Shown here: piece by piece, positions 17,763 through 28,193 of the stretch
How the letters are laid out: every line of letters begins with the position of its first letter
How positions within the stretch are numbered: the first letter of the stretch is position 1
Assembly: GCA_937894675.1 (NCBI GenBank)
Contig: CALCQO010000045.1
Coordinates: forward strand, 103,937 to 167,936
Length of the DNA: 64,000 nucleotides
Direction: 5' to 3'
Source: an uncultured Clostridia bacterium
GTDB lineage: Bacteria > Bacillota > Clostridia > Christensenellales > Aristaeellaceae
Position numbers and translations under genes: made by a program
The notes under the pieces: generated by a model
What the model was told of the DNA's origin: nothing
Database searches by the model: none
Seen by the model: the letters and a program-made list of their open reading frames with translations, nothing else

Positions 17763-19163
17763 ATGGAACCGCACATCACAGACTTCAGGGGCGCCCGCGT
17801 GCACATGATCGGCATCGGCGGCAGCAGCATGTCCGGCCTGGCTGAAATGCTTAAAAGCGAGGGCTACAGGGTTACAGGCTCCGACTCCAACGAAAGCCAC
17901 GCGGCCCAACGCCTGCGCCTGATGGACATCCCCGTATCCATCGGCCACCACCCCGAGGAAATCCAGGGCGCCGCCCTGGTGGTGTACTCCGCCGCCATCC
18001 ACGAGGAAGACGAGGAGCGGGTGGAAGCCCTCCGCTTGAATATACCCCAAATGGACCGGGCTGTGCTGCTTGGCCAGCTGATGGAGGGATACCGCGACAC
18101 CCTGTGCGTCTGCGGCACCCACGGAAAAACCACCACCACCGCCATGACCGCCCAGATGCTGCTGGGCATGGGGATGGATCCCACCGTGCATGTCGGCGGC
18201 CGGGTGGACGCTCTGGGGGGCAGCACCCGCCTGGGCAGCCAGGATATTTTTGTGGCCGAGGCCTGCGAGTTTAACCGTTCCTTTCTGCACATGCCCCCCA
18301 CCATCGCCATCCTGCTGAACATCGAGGAGGATCACCTGGATGTTTACGGGGATATGGAGCATGTGGAGGAGGCTTTTTTCCAGTTTCTCTCCCGCCTGCC
18401 TGAAAATGGGCTGGTCATCGCTTACGCCGAGGACGAGCGGGTGATGCGGGTGCTGGAAAAGCTGCCCCGCCGCGCCGAGACATTCGGCATGGAAAAAGGC
18501 GACTGGACAGCCCGGGACATTACCCTCAATGACCAGGGGATGCCCACCTTTTCCGCCTGCCTGCATGGCCAGGAAGTTACCAAGGTAACCTTGAATGTGG
18601 CAGGGGATTTCAACATCCTGCACGCGCTGGCCGCCCTGGCCGCCGCCCGGGCGCTGGGGGGCGATGTAAAGACCGCGGCGGAAGCTCTGACCCATTTTGT
18701 AGGCGCCCACCGCCGGTTTGAGTACACGGGCGATGTGAAGGGCATGAAAATGTACCACGACTACGGCCACAACCCCGCGGAAATGCGCAGCGCCATCAGC
18801 GTGGCCAGGCTGAAAAACCGCCGGGTGATCGCCGTGATGCAGCCCCATACCTACAGCCGGGTCATCAGCCTGTTCAATGGCTACCTGACCTGCACCGGGG
18901 AAGCGGACATTACGTTGGTTACGGATATTTACGGCGCCAGGGAGAAGGATCCGGGCACCATCAACAGCCAGATGCTGGTGGACGGCATGCGCAAGCACGG
19001 CGTCGACGCGCACCTGACCCCCAGCTTTGAGGACACGGAAAACTGGCTGCTGGAAAACGGGCAGCCGGGGGATCTGGTGCTTACCATGGGGTGCGGCAAC
19101 ATCAACCTGCTTAACGAATTGATGCAGCAGCACTGGGATGAAAAACAACCGGAGGAAACATGA
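17763..19163 (+). CDS. murC: UDP-N-acetylmuramate--L-alanine ligase
   Basis: [18 protein letters not shown] and the [10 protein letters not shown]-loop. 466 aa. Confidence 0.9.
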   Translation: MEPHITDFRGARVHMIGIGGSSMSGLAEMLKSEGYRVTGSDSNESHAAQRLRLMDIPVSIGHHPEEIQGAALVVYSAAIHEEDEERVEALRLNIPQMDRAVLLGQLMEGYRDTLCVCGTHGKTTTTAMTAQMLLGMGMDPTVHVGGRVDALGGSTRLGSQDIFVAEACEFNRSFLHMPPTIAILLNIEEDHLDVYGDMEHVEEAFFQFLSRLPENGLVIAYAEDERVMRVLEKLPRRAETFGMEKGDWTARDITLNDQGMPTFSACLHGQEVTKVTLNVAGDFNILHALAALAAARALGGDVKTAAEALTHFVGAHRRFEYTGDVKGMKMYHDYGHNPAEMRSAISVARLKNRRVIAVMQPHTYSRVISLFNGYLTCTGEADITLVTDIYGAREKDPGTINSQMLVDGMRKHGVDAHLTPSFEDTENWLLENGQPGDLVLTMGCGNINLLNELMQQHWDEKQPEET

Positions 19164-20971
19164 CAGACCGACAGACATTTATCCGCAATTTCTGCATCAT
19201 CGCCCATATCGACCACGGCAAAAGTACCCTGGCTGACCGCATTCTGGAAAAGACCGGGGTGTATCAGCAGCGGGAAATGGTCAGCCAGATGCTGGACTCC
19301 ATGGAACTGGAGCGGGAGCGGGGCATCACCATCAAGAGCAAGGCCGTCAACATGCGCTATACCGCCAAGGATGGGCAGACCTATACCCTGAATTTGATTG
19401 ACACCCCCGGCCATGTGGACTTTACTTACGAGGTCAGCCGCGCCCTGGCCGCCTGCGAGGGCGCCATTTTAGTGGTGGACGCCACCCAGGGGGTGGAAGC
19501 CCAGACCCTGGCCAATGTGTACCTGGCGCTGGAGCACGATTTGGAAACCATCCCGGTCATCAACAAGATTGACTTACCCAGCGCCCAGCCTGAGGAAGCC
19601 TGCAAGGAAATTGAGGAAATGATCGGCTTGGACGCCCAGGACGCGCCTTTGGTTTCCGCCAAAATGGGCATCGGCATCGAGGATGTGCTGGAATCCATCG
19701 TGAAAAGGGTGCCGCCCCCCGCCGGGGATGAGGACGCGCCGCTGAAAGCCCTGGTGTTTGACGCGGTGTACGATAACTACCGCGGCGCCATCTGCTTTGT
19801 GCGGGTGGTGGACGGTTCCCTTTCCCCCGGCATGCGCATGCGCATGATGTCCACCGGGGCCGAGTTTGACGTGGTGGAAGTGGGCTTTTTAGGCAACGGC
19901 TACATGCCCGCCGAGGCGCTGAAGGCCGGCGATGTGGGCTATGTGGCCGCCTCCATCAAGGAGGTGCGGGACACCCGGGTGGGCGACACCATCACCGACG
20001 CGGCCCGCCCCGCCCCAAGCCCCCTGCCCGGCTACAAGCAGGTAACCCCCATGGTGTACTGCGGCATTTACCCCGCCGACGGCGCGGATTACGACGCATT
20101 GCACGACGCCCTGGACAAGCTGCGCATGAATGACGCTGCCCTGGTGTTCGAGCCGGAAACCAGCGCCGCTTTGGGCTACGGTTTCCGCTGCGGTTTCCTG
20201 GGGCTTTTGCACATGGAAATCATCCAGGAACGTCTGGAGCGGGAGTTTGACCTGAACCTGATTACCACCGTACCCAACGTTATCTACGAAGTGGAAACTA
20301 CCCGGGGCGAGCATATGCGCATTGACAACCCGGGCAACCTGCCTCAGCCCAACGACATCGCCATCATGAAGGAGCCCTTCGTGCTGGCCACCATGTTCAC
20401 CCCCCAGGATTATGTGGGCACCCTGATGGACCTGTGCCAGGAAAAGCGGGGCATCTTCAAGGACATGCAGTTTGAGGGCGGCCGGGTGAAACTGACCTAC
20501 GACATGCCGCTGAACGAAGTCATCTACGACTTTTTTGACCAACTCAAGTCCCGCAGCCGGGGCTACGCGTCCCTGGACTATGAGCTGAAGGGGTACCAGG
20601 AGAGCGACCTGGTGAAAATGGACATCCTGCTCAACAGTGAAATCTGCGACGCCTTCACCATGATTGTGCACCGTGACAAGGCCTACGCCAGAGGGCGCAC
20701 CATCTGCGAGAAACTAAAGGATGTCATCCCGCGCCAGCAGTTTGAAATTCCCATCCAGGCGGCCATCGGCGGCAAAATCATCGCCCGGGAAACCGTGAAG
20801 GCGGTGCGCAAGGACGTGCTGGCCAAGTGCTACGGCGGCGACATCAGCCGTAAAAAGAAGCTGCTGGAGAAACAGAAGGAAGGCAAGAAGCGCATGCGCC
20901 AGTTCGGCTCGGTGGAACTGCCCAGCGAGGCTTTCATCGCCGTGCTGAAAATGGGAGACGACAAGAAGTGA
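19160..20971 (+). CDS. lepA: Elongation factor 4
   Basis: [32 protein letters not shown]. 603 aa. ATGA overlap with the murC stop. Confidence 0.95.
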   Translation: MTDRQTFIRNFCIIAHIDHGKSTLADRILEKTGVYQQREMVSQMLDSMELERERGITIKSKAVNMRYTAKDGQTYTLNLIDTPGHVDFTYEVSRALAACEGAILVVDATQGVEAQTLANVYLALEHDLETIPVINKIDLPSAQPEEACKEIEEMIGLDAQDAPLVSAKMGIGIEDVLESIVKRVPPPAGDEDAPLKALVFDAVYDNYRGAICFVRVVDGSLSPGMRMRMMSTGAEFDVVEVGFLGNGYMPAEALKAGDVGYVAASIKEVRDTRVGDTITDAARPAPSPLPGYKQVTPMVYCGIYPADGADYDALHDALDKLRMNDAALVFEPETSAALGYGFRCGFLGLLHMEIIQERLEREFDLNLITTVPNVIYEVETTRGEHMRIDNPGNLPQPNDIAIMKEPFVLATMFTPQDYVGTLMDLCQEKRGIFKDMQFEGGRVKLTYDMPLNEVIYDFFDQLKSRSRGYASLDYELKGYQESDLVKMDILLNSEICDAFTMIVHRDKAYARGRTICEKLKDVIPRQQFEIPIQAAIGGKIIARETVKAVRKDVLAKCYGGDISRKKKLLEKQKEGKKRMRQFGSVELPSEAFIAVLKMGDDKK

Positions 20972-22791
20972 AATGCCCTGCCTGCGGACAATGGAACCGC
21001 GCATCTTTCCCCAAGTGCTTTAAGTGCGGCACGCCCCTGCCCCTGCAAAGCAGGAAGATTGTGCTGCCCGCCCAGGAAATGGAGCGAACCGCCAGGGAAA
21101 CCCAGAGCGAGCTGCCCGTTAAATACATTGTGGACGAGCTGGGCAACGAAAAGCCGGATCTGGATCCCAAGGACCGCCTAGCCCAGGAGATGCAGAGCTA
21201 CCACGAGCGCAAGCGCCGGGGCAAAATCCGCCAGCAGAAGCTGCGGGAGGAAGGCGCCCAGCTGGGCTATGCCCCCACGGGCACCAGGGTGAACACCCCC
21301 TCGCGCAAAAGCGCCATGTTTTCCGCCCCGGATGCCGCCTACGACCCCTACCAGGTATACAGCGAGGAAAAGGTAGACTATGACGGCTATACCCAGGGGC
21401 CGGTCTACCAGTCCACCAGGGACGGCTTCTATACCCAGGAGCGGGGCGGGCGCATGAGCTCGGGGGCTATCCCCCTGCCCAACAAGCGCATCCGCAAAAC
21501 CCGCATGTTCGGCTTCCGCAGGTTTTTGCCCCATATCGCGGTGCTCCTCTTTGTGGGCGCCCTGCTGTTTTCCGGTTATTATTTCCTGTTCAAGCCCTAT
21601 CTTTTGGATCAGAAGGTAAGCCCCGAATCCCTGCAGCCCCAGATTACCGCCTCCATTCTGGATGACAACGCCGCCCACACCATCCGCATCCCCGCGGAGG
21701 ACGGCGCGCAGATCTACATCAAGGAGCTGCGCAAGAGCTTTCTGGCCACCGGCGGCTACGCCACCTTCCAGGTGGCGGACTACACCTGGTACGAGCTGAT
21801 TGACGAAAATCCCTACGATACCAGCACCTGGCTGCCCGAAACCATGGATGTAACCCTGTCCCCCTTTATCCGCTCAGCCACGGGCGAGCAGGTGGCCATG
21901 CCCGAGGTGCACTACACCATCGACATCCTGCAAAGCCCCATGACCTTAATCAGCCCGGATGTCACCTACATCGAAACCAGCATGCCGCTGTACAACATCC
22001 GCTTCAAGGTCATGACCAACAGCCAGGTGTTCATCAACAACGAGGACTTTTCCTCCTATGTCAACACCCAGGACGGTCTGATTTCCTACAACGCGCCCAT
22101 CCAGCCCATCGGCGACAACCAGATTACCATCACCGTGCGCAGCCAGTACTACCGGATGAACACCACCACGCTGACCATCCACCGCGCGGTGCAGGATATC
22201 CCCCTGGATCTGGCCGCCACCATGGACGATGAAAGCAGCCGCGACAGGATGCCCATCTTCGGCACCACCCGGGCGGGAGCTACCCTGACCATCCTGACCC
22301 CCTATGAAAAGCTGGATATCTCCGAGCTGGCCACCACCGGCACCTTCAACTTCAACGCGGTGTTTGACCACTACGGCACCAACACCATCCGCATCCAGGC
22401 GGACTACCCGGGCAAGGAAAGCACCATTATCGAGTACAATGTGTACTACCTGCCCAACCCCAACGAGTACACCACCAAGGCCTGGTCTTTAAACGACGGC
22501 TTTGGCTACCCCGACCTGCTGGCCAACCTGTCCAAGCGCATCGAGAAAACCCAGGTGTATGTGATGACGGGCACCGTTACCCAGATTGTGTCCACCCGCC
22601 CGCAATTGGTGATACTGGACGCGGGGGACGGCAAGACCTCCTCCCCCCTGAACGTGATGCTGGAAAACCAGACCAAGACCACCTGGGAGCTGGGCAAGCG
22701 TTACAATATCTACGCGGACGCCTACGGCATGTACAACAGCATTCCCCGCCTGGTGGCGCGCTACACCTACACCCCCAAGGACAGCCAGTAA
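20968..22791 (+). CDS. Zinc-ribbon membrane protein of unknown function
   Basis: GTG start overlapping the lepA stop (GTGA). CPACGQW...CFKCG zinc ribbon, one TM ([19 protein letters not shown]), and a C-terminal beta-rich extracytoplasmic region of about 400 aa. Confidence 0.7.
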   Translation: MKCPACGQWNRASFPKCFKCGTPLPLQSRKIVLPAQEMERTARETQSELPVKYIVDELGNEKPDLDPKDRLAQEMQSYHERKRRGKIRQQKLREEGAQLGYAPTGTRVNTPSRKSAMFSAPDAAYDPYQVYSEEKVDYDGYTQGPVYQSTRDGFYTQERGGRMSSGAIPLPNKRIRKTRMFGFRRFLPHIAVLLFVGALLFSGYYFLFKPYLLDQKVSPESLQPQITASILDDNAAHTIRIPAEDGAQIYIKELRKSFLATGGYATFQVADYTWYELIDENPYDTSTWLPETMDVTLSPFIRSATGEQVAMPEVHYTIDILQSPMTLISPDVTYIETSMPLYNIRFKVMTNSQVFINNEDFSSYVNTQDGLISYNAPIQPIGDNQITITVRSQYYRMNTTTLTIHRAVQDIPLDLAATMDDESSRDRMPIFGTTRAGATLTILTPYEKLDISELATTGTFNFNAVFDHYGTNTIRIQADYPGKESTIIEYNVYYLPNPNEYTTKAWSLNDGFGYPDLLANLSKRIEKTQVYVMTGTVTQIVSTRPQLVILDAGDGKTSSPLNVMLENQTKTTWELGKRYNIYADAYGMYNSIPRLVARYTYTPKDSQ

Positions 22792-22805
22792 AAAATCGAA
22801 TGAAA

Positions 22806-22838
22806 AAAGAGGCACTTTCAAACGGAAGGTGCCTCTTT
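22806..22838. terminator. Bidirectional terminator between convergent genes
   Basis: AAAGAGGCAC-13 nt loop-GTGCCTCTTT flanked by A-rich and T-rich runs. Confidence 0.7.
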
Positions 22839-22851
22839 AATTGTGCGGTGT

Positions 22852-24057
22852 TTATTTCTTCGCGCCTTTTGCCCCGCTCAGGGACATTTTGTTGAACAGG
22901 TCGCTGCGGTAAGCGTAGTTGTTCTCGCTCTTCTCGTGGTGGGCTTGGAGGGCATACTCCACCATGGCGTCCACCAGGCGGGGATAGCTGAGGCGGGGCT
23001 CGCTCTCCTTCCACAGATAGAAGGACAAGGAGCCGGGGATGGTGTTGATTTCCGTGATGTACAATTCGTCTGTTTTGGGGTCGATCATCCAGTCGATGCG
23101 CACCACGCCCTTGCAGTCCATCAGGCGGAACACCTGAACGGACAGTTCCTGCACCCTTTGGGTGAGGGTATCGCCGATGGGCGCGGGGATGGCCCGGCGC
23201 AGGGACGCCATGCCCTTGCTGCCGCCGCCCGCCAGGTATTTTTCCTTAAAGTCCAGCAGCTGACCGCCGGTGACGGGCATTTCCACCACCGAGGGGCGGG
23301 CCTTGTTATCAAAACCCAGTACCGAGCAGTTGACCTCCACGGGCTTGTCCAGCCCCTGTTCCACCAAAATGCGCCGGTCGTAGGCGCTGGCCAATTCCAG
23401 GGCGTCCCGCAGGGAGGAGCGGTCGTCCGCCCGGCTGACCCCGATGGAGGAGCCCAGGTTGGCGGGCTTGACGAACACCGGGTAGGGCAGGCGCCCCTCG
23501 ATGTCCGCGATGATTTCCTCCGGCTTTTGGCGCCATTCGCTGCGCAGCACCGTCGCGTCGGGCAGCACAGGGATGCCGCCGGAGCGGAAGATGTGTTTCA
23601 TGAGGATTTTATCCATGGAGGCGGCGGAGCCCGCCACCCCGGTGGAGGTGTAGGGGATGTCCGCCAGTTCCAATAATCCCTGCAGGGTGCCGTCCTCTCC
23701 GTGGAGGCCGTGCATCACGGGGATTACGCAGTCCAGATGGGCAAGGATGGTGACCCGGGGGCGGCTGTAGAGCCACTTGCCGGGGCGCACCGCCACCAGA
23801 GCGCCGGAATGGGCGGTGACATCCAGGGTAACCCGCTCGTACTGCCCCTTCTGGGTGTACATGACCGGTTCCTTATAGGTATCCAAAGACAGAAGGCCGG
23901 GGCCGGAAAACCATTCCCCGCTTTTGTTGATGTAGATGGGGTGCAGATCGTACTTCGCCCTGTCCACCGAGTGGGCCAGCTGCAAAGCGCTGATGACGGA
24001 TACCTCATGCTCGCAGGACCGGCCGCCAAAGATCAGGCCAAGCTGTAATTTCTTCAT
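22852..24057 (-). CDS. ddl: D-alanine--D-alanine ligase family ATP-grasp enzyme
   Basis: LGLIFGGRSCEHEVSVISA, HGLHGEDGTLQGLLE, ATP-grasp core, EINTIPG. At 401 aa it is longer than the common forms. Confidence 0.8.
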   Translation of the reverse strand: MKKLQLGLIFGGRSCEHEVSVISALQLAHSVDRAKYDLHPIYINKSGEWFSGPGLLSLDTYKEPVMYTQKGQYERVTLDVTAHSGALVAVRPGKWLYSRPRVTILAHLDCVIPVMHGLHGEDGTLQGLLELADIPYTSTGVAGSAASMDKILMKHIFRSGGIPVLPDATVLRSEWRQKPEEIIADIEGRLPYPVFVKPANLGSSIGVSRADDRSSLRDALELASAYDRRILVEQGLDKPVEVNCSVLGFDNKARPSVVEMPVTGGQLLDFKEKYLAGGGSKGMASLRRAIPAPIGDTLTQRVQELSVQVFRLMDCKGVVRIDWMIDPKTDELYITEINTIPGSLSFYLWKESEPRLSYPRLVDAMVEYALQAHHEKSENNYAYRSDLFNKMSLSGAKGAKK

Positions 24058-24060
24058 GCC

Positions 24061-25692
24061 TTACACCTCTGAGTAATGGTCGGGCAGGTCGTTCTCGTAG
24101 AGCACATAATCCCCCTGACGCTTGATGGTGTCGTAGAAGGCGTTGGCGTCCTTAAGGGTATCAAAGACATGGATGTCCCCCTCGTCAAAGCCGCTTTCCT
24201 TCAAGCCCTCTAAAATGGGCAGGGTGCGCTTGGCGCCGATGAGGAACACCTTGTCCGCCACCTTGGCGATGTGCTGCCCCAGCTCCTGGTTGAAGCGCTT
24301 TTCTTCCCGCCCCAGTTCCACAAAGCCGGGGGTGATGATGACGCGGCGGCCTTCATAGCGGCCGCTGCCCAACTCCGCCAGGGTCTGGGCGCTGCTGACG
24401 GGGTTAGAGTTGTAGCCGTTGTTGATGCGGTGCACACCGTCGGGCCCCGTTTCCACCATGAAGCGGTTGCGGATGGGGGGAATCAGCTCGATGCCGTACT
24501 GAATCTGCTTGTCGCTAAGGCCCATATGCCTCGCCACCGCCACCGCCATCAGGATGTTGCGGATGACATGAGCCCCCGTCACATAGGTGGTGCAGGGCAG
24601 GCGCTTGCCGTCCTCAAAGCACAGGGTGAAGGTGGTGTACACATGATCCTGGGCGTAATGATCCTGGACATCCTCCGCCCAGACATCATCCCCCTGGCTG
24701 CCTGTGATGGCCTTGGGGATGCGGCACTGTTCGTAGAGGGAAGCCACGATGGCATGGTCGTTGTTGAACACGGCAAAGCCGCCGCCAGGCAGGGCGCGGA
24801 TTAAATCGTACTTGGTCTGCTTGATGTTCTCGATGCTTCCGAAGGTTTGCAGATGCTGGGGGCCCACCGAGGTAAGGATGCCGATTTCCGGCTTCACCAG
24901 GCGGCAGAGCTCCCTGATATCCCGGCGGTGGCGGGCGCCCATCTCGGCGATGAACACATTGTGGGCGGGGGTTAAATCGTTGCGCACCACGGTGGACACC
25001 CCCATGGGGGTGTTCATACTGCCCCGGGTGCACAGCACATTGTATTTCTGGCTGAGCAGCGTTTGCAGATAGAACTTGACGCTGGTTTTACCATAACTGC
25101 CCGTGATGGCGATGCGCGTAACATCCTGCCGTTTGAGCAGGGTGCTGCGGGCGTCCCGGAAGTACAGTTCGTACATCAGCCGTTCGATGGGCAATACCAG
25201 CACCGCCGCCAGCAGCACCCATAAGGGCATGGGCAGCACCAGAAGGGCGTTGAAGCCCATGATGGGGGCGAAGCGTTTGAGCAGCCAGAGCACAAATACC
25301 ATCAGGGCGAACAGCACCGCGTAAAAACGCTTGACGCGTGCGGTCAGGTTGAGCTTGCTCTTTCCTTCCCGCCTTTGGTAGCTGAACTTGTCCAGCAGCG
25401 CGCCCCAGGCAAGCATCACCGCGGCTCCCAGCAAGGGGGCCAGCACGCTGAACACGCCTCCCCTTAAGGAAAGTTTGTCAAACACAAAACAGGTGAAAAA
25501 GCCCCATATGGCCAAAACCGCGCCGGGAATCCAGGCATGCTTGGGCTGGCGCTTCAGGGCGCCCAGAAAGCCCCGGAACTGGTAGCTGGACAACTGGTAG
25601 TACATCACCACCCGGCGGGAAGCCAGCAGCAGTGCCGCGGCGGGGGCGTACCATAGAAGCGTCCGGGCAAGGGACGTGAAAAACTGGGTCAA
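24061..25692 (-). CDS. murF: MurF-like Mur ligase with an N-terminal polytopic membrane domain
   Basis: TTG start with AGAGGAGGAG upstream and a TTGA overlap with the preceding stop. About 185 aa with five hydrophobic segments, then ITGSYGKTS P-loop, and NGYNSNPVS...GRRVIITPGFVELGREE, which is MurF-like in its C-terminal domain. Confidence 0.65.
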   Translation of the reverse strand: MTQFFTSLARTLLWYAPAAALLLASRRVVMYYQLSSYQFRGFLGALKRQPKHAWIPGAVLAIWGFFTCFVFDKLSLRGGVFSVLAPLLGAAVMLAWGALLDKFSYQRREGKSKLNLTARVKRFYAVLFALMVFVLWLLKRFAPIMGFNALLVLPMPLWVLLAAVLVLPIERLMYELYFRDARSTLLKRQDVTRIAITGSYGKTSVKFYLQTLLSQKYNVLCTRGSMNTPMGVSTVVRNDLTPAHNVFIAEMGARHRRDIRELCRLVKPEIGILTSVGPQHLQTFGSIENIKQTKYDLIRALPGGGFAVFNNDHAIVASLYEQCRIPKAITGSQGDDVWAEDVQDHYAQDHVYTTFTLCFEDGKRLPCTTYVTGAHVIRNILMAVAVARHMGLSDKQIQYGIELIPPIRNRFMVETGPDGVHRINNGYNSNPVSSAQTLAELGSGRYEGRRVIITPGFVELGREEKRFNQELGQHIAKVADKVFLIGAKRTLPILEGLKESGFDEGDIHVFDTLKDANAFYDTIKRQGDYVLYENDLPDHYSEV

Positions 25693-26456
25693 GGATGCTC
25701 CTCCTCTAAGAAATCCAATACATAGTCGCAGAACACATCCGGATAGGATAGAAAGGCAAAGTGCCCGCCGGGCATGATGCTAAGCCGGCTGCCGGCAATG
25801 CCCGCGCGGAAAGTTTCCGCCATCCACAGGGGGGTTTCCGTATCCTGCTGGCCCCACAAAAGCAGGGTGGGGTTTTTTACGCGGGGCAGAAACTTGCGGG
25901 AATCAAATTTGATGATGTTGTTGAAGGTGGCGCGCATTTGCTCGGGCAGGGCTTTGTAGTCGGCCGAGTTGTGCTTATCGCGGTATGCCTGCAGCCAGCC
26001 CTTCGCCCTGTCCTTGATGACAGGAAGATGGGAAAGGAAGGAAAGGCCGGCGCGTCCCAGACGGTACTTGGCCGCCCTGCGCCTGTCGGCGGCGTTTTTT
26101 TCCTTTACCAAGCCGGCGCTGCCCGTTAATATGACACGCTGGAAAAGGGAGGGGGTATTGGCGGCCAGATACAGCGCCACCCGCCCCCCGAAGGAGTGGG
26201 CCAGCACATGGCAGCCTTCCAGGTTCTGCTGGCGGATGAAGGTTTCCGTCCACTTGGCAAAGTCCGGCACCGTCCAGTCGCCGGATATCATGCCAGTACC
26301 GCCATGGGCAGGAAAATCCACCGCGGTGACACGGTGGTACTTTTTCAAGCGCTGGATGACGGGCATCATCGCCGCCACATCGCTGCCCCAGCCGTGCAAT
26401 ACCAGCAGGGGGCTGCCCTTTTCGCCGAACTGCTCATAATAGGTCGGTATGCCCAT
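25689..26456 (-). CDS. Alpha/beta hydrolase
   Basis: ORF trimmed to ATG 26456 (TAATG overlap with the GNAT stop). HGWGS oxyanion motif and AHSFGG nucleophile elbow. Confidence 0.75.
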   Translation of the reverse strand: MGIPTYYEQFGEKGSPLLVLHGWGSDVAAMMPVIQRLKKYHRVTAVDFPAHGGTGMISGDWTVPDFAKWTETFIRQQNLEGCHVLAHSFGGRVALYLAANTPSLFQRVILTGSAGLVKEKNAADRRRAAKYRLGRAGLSFLSHLPVIKDRAKGWLQAYRDKHNSADYKALPEQMRATFNNIIKFDSRKFLPRVKNPTLLLWGQQDTETPLWMAETFRAGIAGSRLSIMPGGHFAFLSYPDVFCDYVLDFLEEEHP

Positions 26457-26980
26457 TACTTCTGTCTGCACAATGCCGCCCCTTCCTGTAGTAGTAAAAT
26501 GTACCGGCACTTGCTGGGCGCCCCCATGCAGATGTCCCGGTAGTCGGGGGGCACCGGCACGATGTTTTCCAGCACGCACCCCAGGTTTTCGCAGGTTTTT
26601 CGCGAGGGCAGGTTGTCCTCGTTGGTGGTAATCACCACGCTGCGCAGGCCCAGCCTTCCCATGAAGGGAATCAGCAGCCGCGCCGCCCGGGCGGCGTAGC
26701 CCCTGCCCCTAAAGGGCATCTCCACCCGGTACCCGATATGCCCCAGGTAGTACAGCCCCGGGCTTTCCCCCACCCGCAGGCTGATGTAGCCGGCGCTGAT
26801 CCGTTTGCCCTTGGGGCGGATGGTGAAGGTGTACTCCTCCCGGATGCCCAGTTCCTCATCATAGCGGCTGTGCCTGTCCATGACAAGGGAAATGGCGTCG
26901 TCCGAATAATCGGGGTGCCTGCGAAAAAACGAAAACATCCTGAGCCTCCCCGAATGTTCATACGGATGATATTTTATCAC
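26456..26980 (-). CDS. GNAT-family N-acetyltransferase
   Basis: 174 aa. RGRGYAARAARLLI is an acetyl-CoA-binding-type motif (R/Q-x-x-G-x-G/A). Confidence 0.7.
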   Translation of the reverse strand: MIKYHPYEHSGRLRMFSFFRRHPDYSDDAISLVMDRHSRYDEELGIREEYTFTIRPKGKRISAGYISLRVGESPGLYYLGHIGYRVEMPFRGRGYAARAARLLIPFMGRLGLRSVVITTNEDNLPSRKTCENLGCVLENIVPVPPDYRDICMGAPSKCRYILLLQEGAALCRQK

Positions 26981-27070
26981 AATCCCTATAGGCGTTCAAG
27001 TTTGCCATACAGGGCATATCCATAGGCGTTTAAACATGGTAGAATGAACCCATCGAAAGGAGGATATACC

Positions 27071-27985
27071 ATGCGTTATGTACAACCCGCCCCCGATTTG
27101 AGTGTCTCCAGCATTGCCCTTGGCTGCATGCGCATCTCCCAGATGGAAAATGACCAGGTGCGCGCGCTGATTGAAACCTCCCTGGAAAGCGGCGTCAACT
27201 TTTTTGACCATGCCGACATCTACGGCAAAGGGCAGAGCGAAGTGGTCTTCGGCAAAGCCCTCAAAAGCGCTCCCGGCCTTCGGGAAAAGATCCTCATCCA
27301 GTCCAAATGCGGCATCCGCACCGGTTTTTACGACTCCTCCAAGGAGCATATCCTCACCAGCGTGGACAACATTCTGCTTAGGCTGGATACCCCCTACCTG
27401 GATGTGCTGCTCATCCACCGCCCCGACGCCCTGGCGGAGCCCCAGGAGATGGCGGAAGCCTTCGCCCAGCTGAAAACACAGGGCAAGGTGCGCTACTTTG
27501 GCGTAAGCAACCACAACCCCGCCCAGATGGCGGCGCTGCAGCAGGCGGCGCAGGACAAGCTGCTGTTCAACCAGCTGCAAGTAAGCCTGATGCACACCCC
27601 CATGGTGGACCAGGGCATCAATGTGAACACCCAGTTTGACGGCGCCGTGGACAGGGACGGCAGCCTGCTTGCCTACTGCAAGCAGCAGGGCGTCACGGTG
27701 CAGGCCTGGTCCCCCTTCCAGTTCGGCTTTATCAAGGGCGTGTTCCTCAACAACCCGGCCTATCCCGAGCTGAACAAAGCCCTTTTAGATATGGCCGAAA
27801 AGTATGAAGTGTCCATCGCAGCCATCGCCGCCGCGTGGATTCTGCGCCTGCCCGTGCAGATGCAGGTGGTGGTGGGCACCACCACGGCAGCAAGGGTTGC
27901 GGATGTCACCAAGGCGGCGGACATCACCCTCTCCCGGGAGGACTGGTACGCCCTCTACCGGGCAGCGGGCAATAAACTGCCGTAA
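27071..27985 (+). CDS. Aldo/keto reductase
   Basis: ORF 27044 trimmed to ATG 27071 (GAAAGGAGGA upstream). LGCMR..., DHADIYG, LLIHRPD, GVSNH are AKR motifs. Confidence 0.85.
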   Translation: MRYVQPAPDLSVSSIALGCMRISQMENDQVRALIETSLESGVNFFDHADIYGKGQSEVVFGKALKSAPGLREKILIQSKCGIRTGFYDSSKEHILTSVDNILLRLDTPYLDVLLIHRPDALAEPQEMAEAFAQLKTQGKVRYFGVSNHNPAQMAALQQAAQDKLLFNQLQVSLMHTPMVDQGINVNTQFDGAVDRDGSLLAYCKQQGVTVQAWSPFQFGFIKGVFLNNPAYPELNKALLDMAEKYEVSIAAIAAAWILRLPVQMQVVVGTTTAARVADVTKAADITLSREDWYALYRAAGNKLP

Positions 27986-28156
27986 AACTTCGCTCGTCAA
28001 AAAAGGTCCTTCGGACACTTTTTCGCCGGTCGGGAACGATTCGGCCTTCCGCCTCTCGCTTCGCTCCCGGGCGGCGGAAGGCGATGCGGATTCCAGTAGG
28101 AGGGGTTCCCCCTCCTACACCTCCCCTCATGCGTCAAGTTGCCCATTATTAAACGA

Positions 28157-28189
28157 AAAAAGGCTGAAGCATTATGCTTCAGCCTTTTC
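28157..28189. terminator. Bidirectional terminator between the AKR and ABC exporter genes
   Basis: AAAAGGCTGAAGC-ATTAT-GCTTCAGCCTTTT. Confidence 0.8.
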
Positions 28190-28193
28190 GTTA

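Noticed and set aside
14208-19178. ORFs 14208-15422 (+, 404 aa), 15572-16150 (+), 16037-16657 (-), 16848-17720 (+) and 17712-19178 (-, 488 aa).
   Set aside because: Each lies antisense or frame-shifted over well-supported genes (M15B, whiA, murB, murC). Their translations are low-complexity Gly/Ala/His-rich strings without motifs.
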